From a virus: a stretch of DNA of 47,825 bases. The DNA lies in IMG/VR virus record IMGVR_UViG_3300030399_000027; one strand, written 5' to 3'. The position numbers and the translations under genes were made by a program. Every line of letters starts with the position of its first letter. Position 1 is the first letter of the stretch. Positions 47,248 through 47,825 of this stretch are shown piece by piece. Below the pieces are notes generated by a model. It made no database searches and was not told where the DNA came from. It saw only the letters and a list, made by a program, of their open reading frames with translations.

Positions 47248-47698
47248 TCTAGGGCGAAGTCAGCCATCATTTAGAGTCGCCAATGGGCGATCTTAACCAT
47301 TTGATAGCGCGAGGATTCGATATGCGTAAATGAGCCTAAGCCCCTTGATCTGAGATTTGCTGATTGTTGTGAAGGCGAGTTACCGCGCAACGGCCCTACG
47401 GGGAGCGGGTACTTGGAATTGGCGCATCCTTAACGCATAGACGAGCCCATACCATTGAGTAAGTAGTAAAACGCGCGAACGCGCATTGACTTGAAGTGAA
47501 TCGACTCGTTAATTCGGGATAGCGCGTCTGTGTGATGCGCGGCCAGCCGACATATCGCCGTATGACGCGGTGATCACGGTGTGGCTACGGAAGTGAGATA
47601 GCGGGGCTTGACGGTCGGGCGTGCATTCGCCGCGTGAAAGCCCCGCAAGTCTCTTAGCTCCAATCGTCGCAAGCGTCTGCCCTATCGCGGGCCTGTTC

Positions 47699-47825
47699 GT
47701 CGCGCTCCTGGCGTGTGAGCGGTGCCGGTGCATCGTATTCGTAGTCATCAAACATTTTGCCCTGCTCCTAGCGCCTTATCGGCGCGTGCGAGTAACGTTG
47801 CGTGTGCATCGGGATTGCCTAGCAA
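47699..47825. repeat. Terminal direct duplication (copy 2), identical to 1-127
   Basis: Base-by-base comparison. Confidence 0.95.

Noticed and set aside
47509-47751. 80-aa - strand ORF whose start overlaps the stop of gene 50-406 across the circular junction (TGATG coupling).
   Set aside because: Its composition (MTTNTMHRHRSHARSATNRP...) looks like out-of-frame GC-rich sequence. There is no SD and no hydrophobic core. I kept it only as a remote possibility inside the non-coding-region finding.

Overview
This window is one complete temperate, contractile-tailed phage genome. Bases 1-127 are identical to 47699-47825, so it closes on itself with a unique length of 47,698 bp and shows no host flanks.

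Layout:
- 50-7923: early/accessory genes, mostly leftward. Includes a rightward operon with a SpoT/Mesh1-type HD alarmone-hydrolase-like gene and a chain of translationally coupled micro-ORFs for membrane peptides.
- 8009-29017: rightward morphogenesis block. Order is terS, terL, portal, scaffold, capsid, neck, sheath, tube, frameshifted chaperone, GIY-YIG endonuclease insertion, tape measure, Mu/P2-like baseplate, fibre. At least six near-identical intrinsic terminators punctuate it.
- 29021-30617: leftward moron encoding an SGNH-hydrolase lipoprotein and a SAM methyltransferase.
- 30705-33454: lysis and membrane genes.
- 33489-34870: candidate attP and tyrosine integrase.
- 34849-45955: long leftward recombination/replication block. 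Contains PrtN-like, Ref-like, NinB, VRR-NUC, DEDD exonuclease, pentapeptide-repeat protein, ParB-like, SSB-like, Sak4-like ATPase, HNH-AP2 endonuclease, DnaC-like loader, iteron-bearing initiator and Cro-like genes.
- 45956-47698: divergent CI-like repressor, then about 0.9 kb of mostly non-coding DNA with one tRNA, a defective tRNA-like element and a long hairpin.

Most interesting signals:
1. A 19-bp palindrome, TACTACC-N5-GGTAGTA, is built into essentially every early sigma70-like promoter (TTGAC-N18-TAGTAT). It also occurs as orientation-locked half boxes exactly 15-16 nt upstream of several start codons.
2. Three replication/recombination proteins end in the SSB-tip motif (D/E)IPF.
3. A pentapeptide-repeat gene is made of 24 perfect-register 15-bp DNA repeats.
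4. The portal reading frame has no canonical start and is in frame, through a single TAG, with the upstream ORF.

All functional calls come from by-eye motif recognition and synteny. No database search was run.
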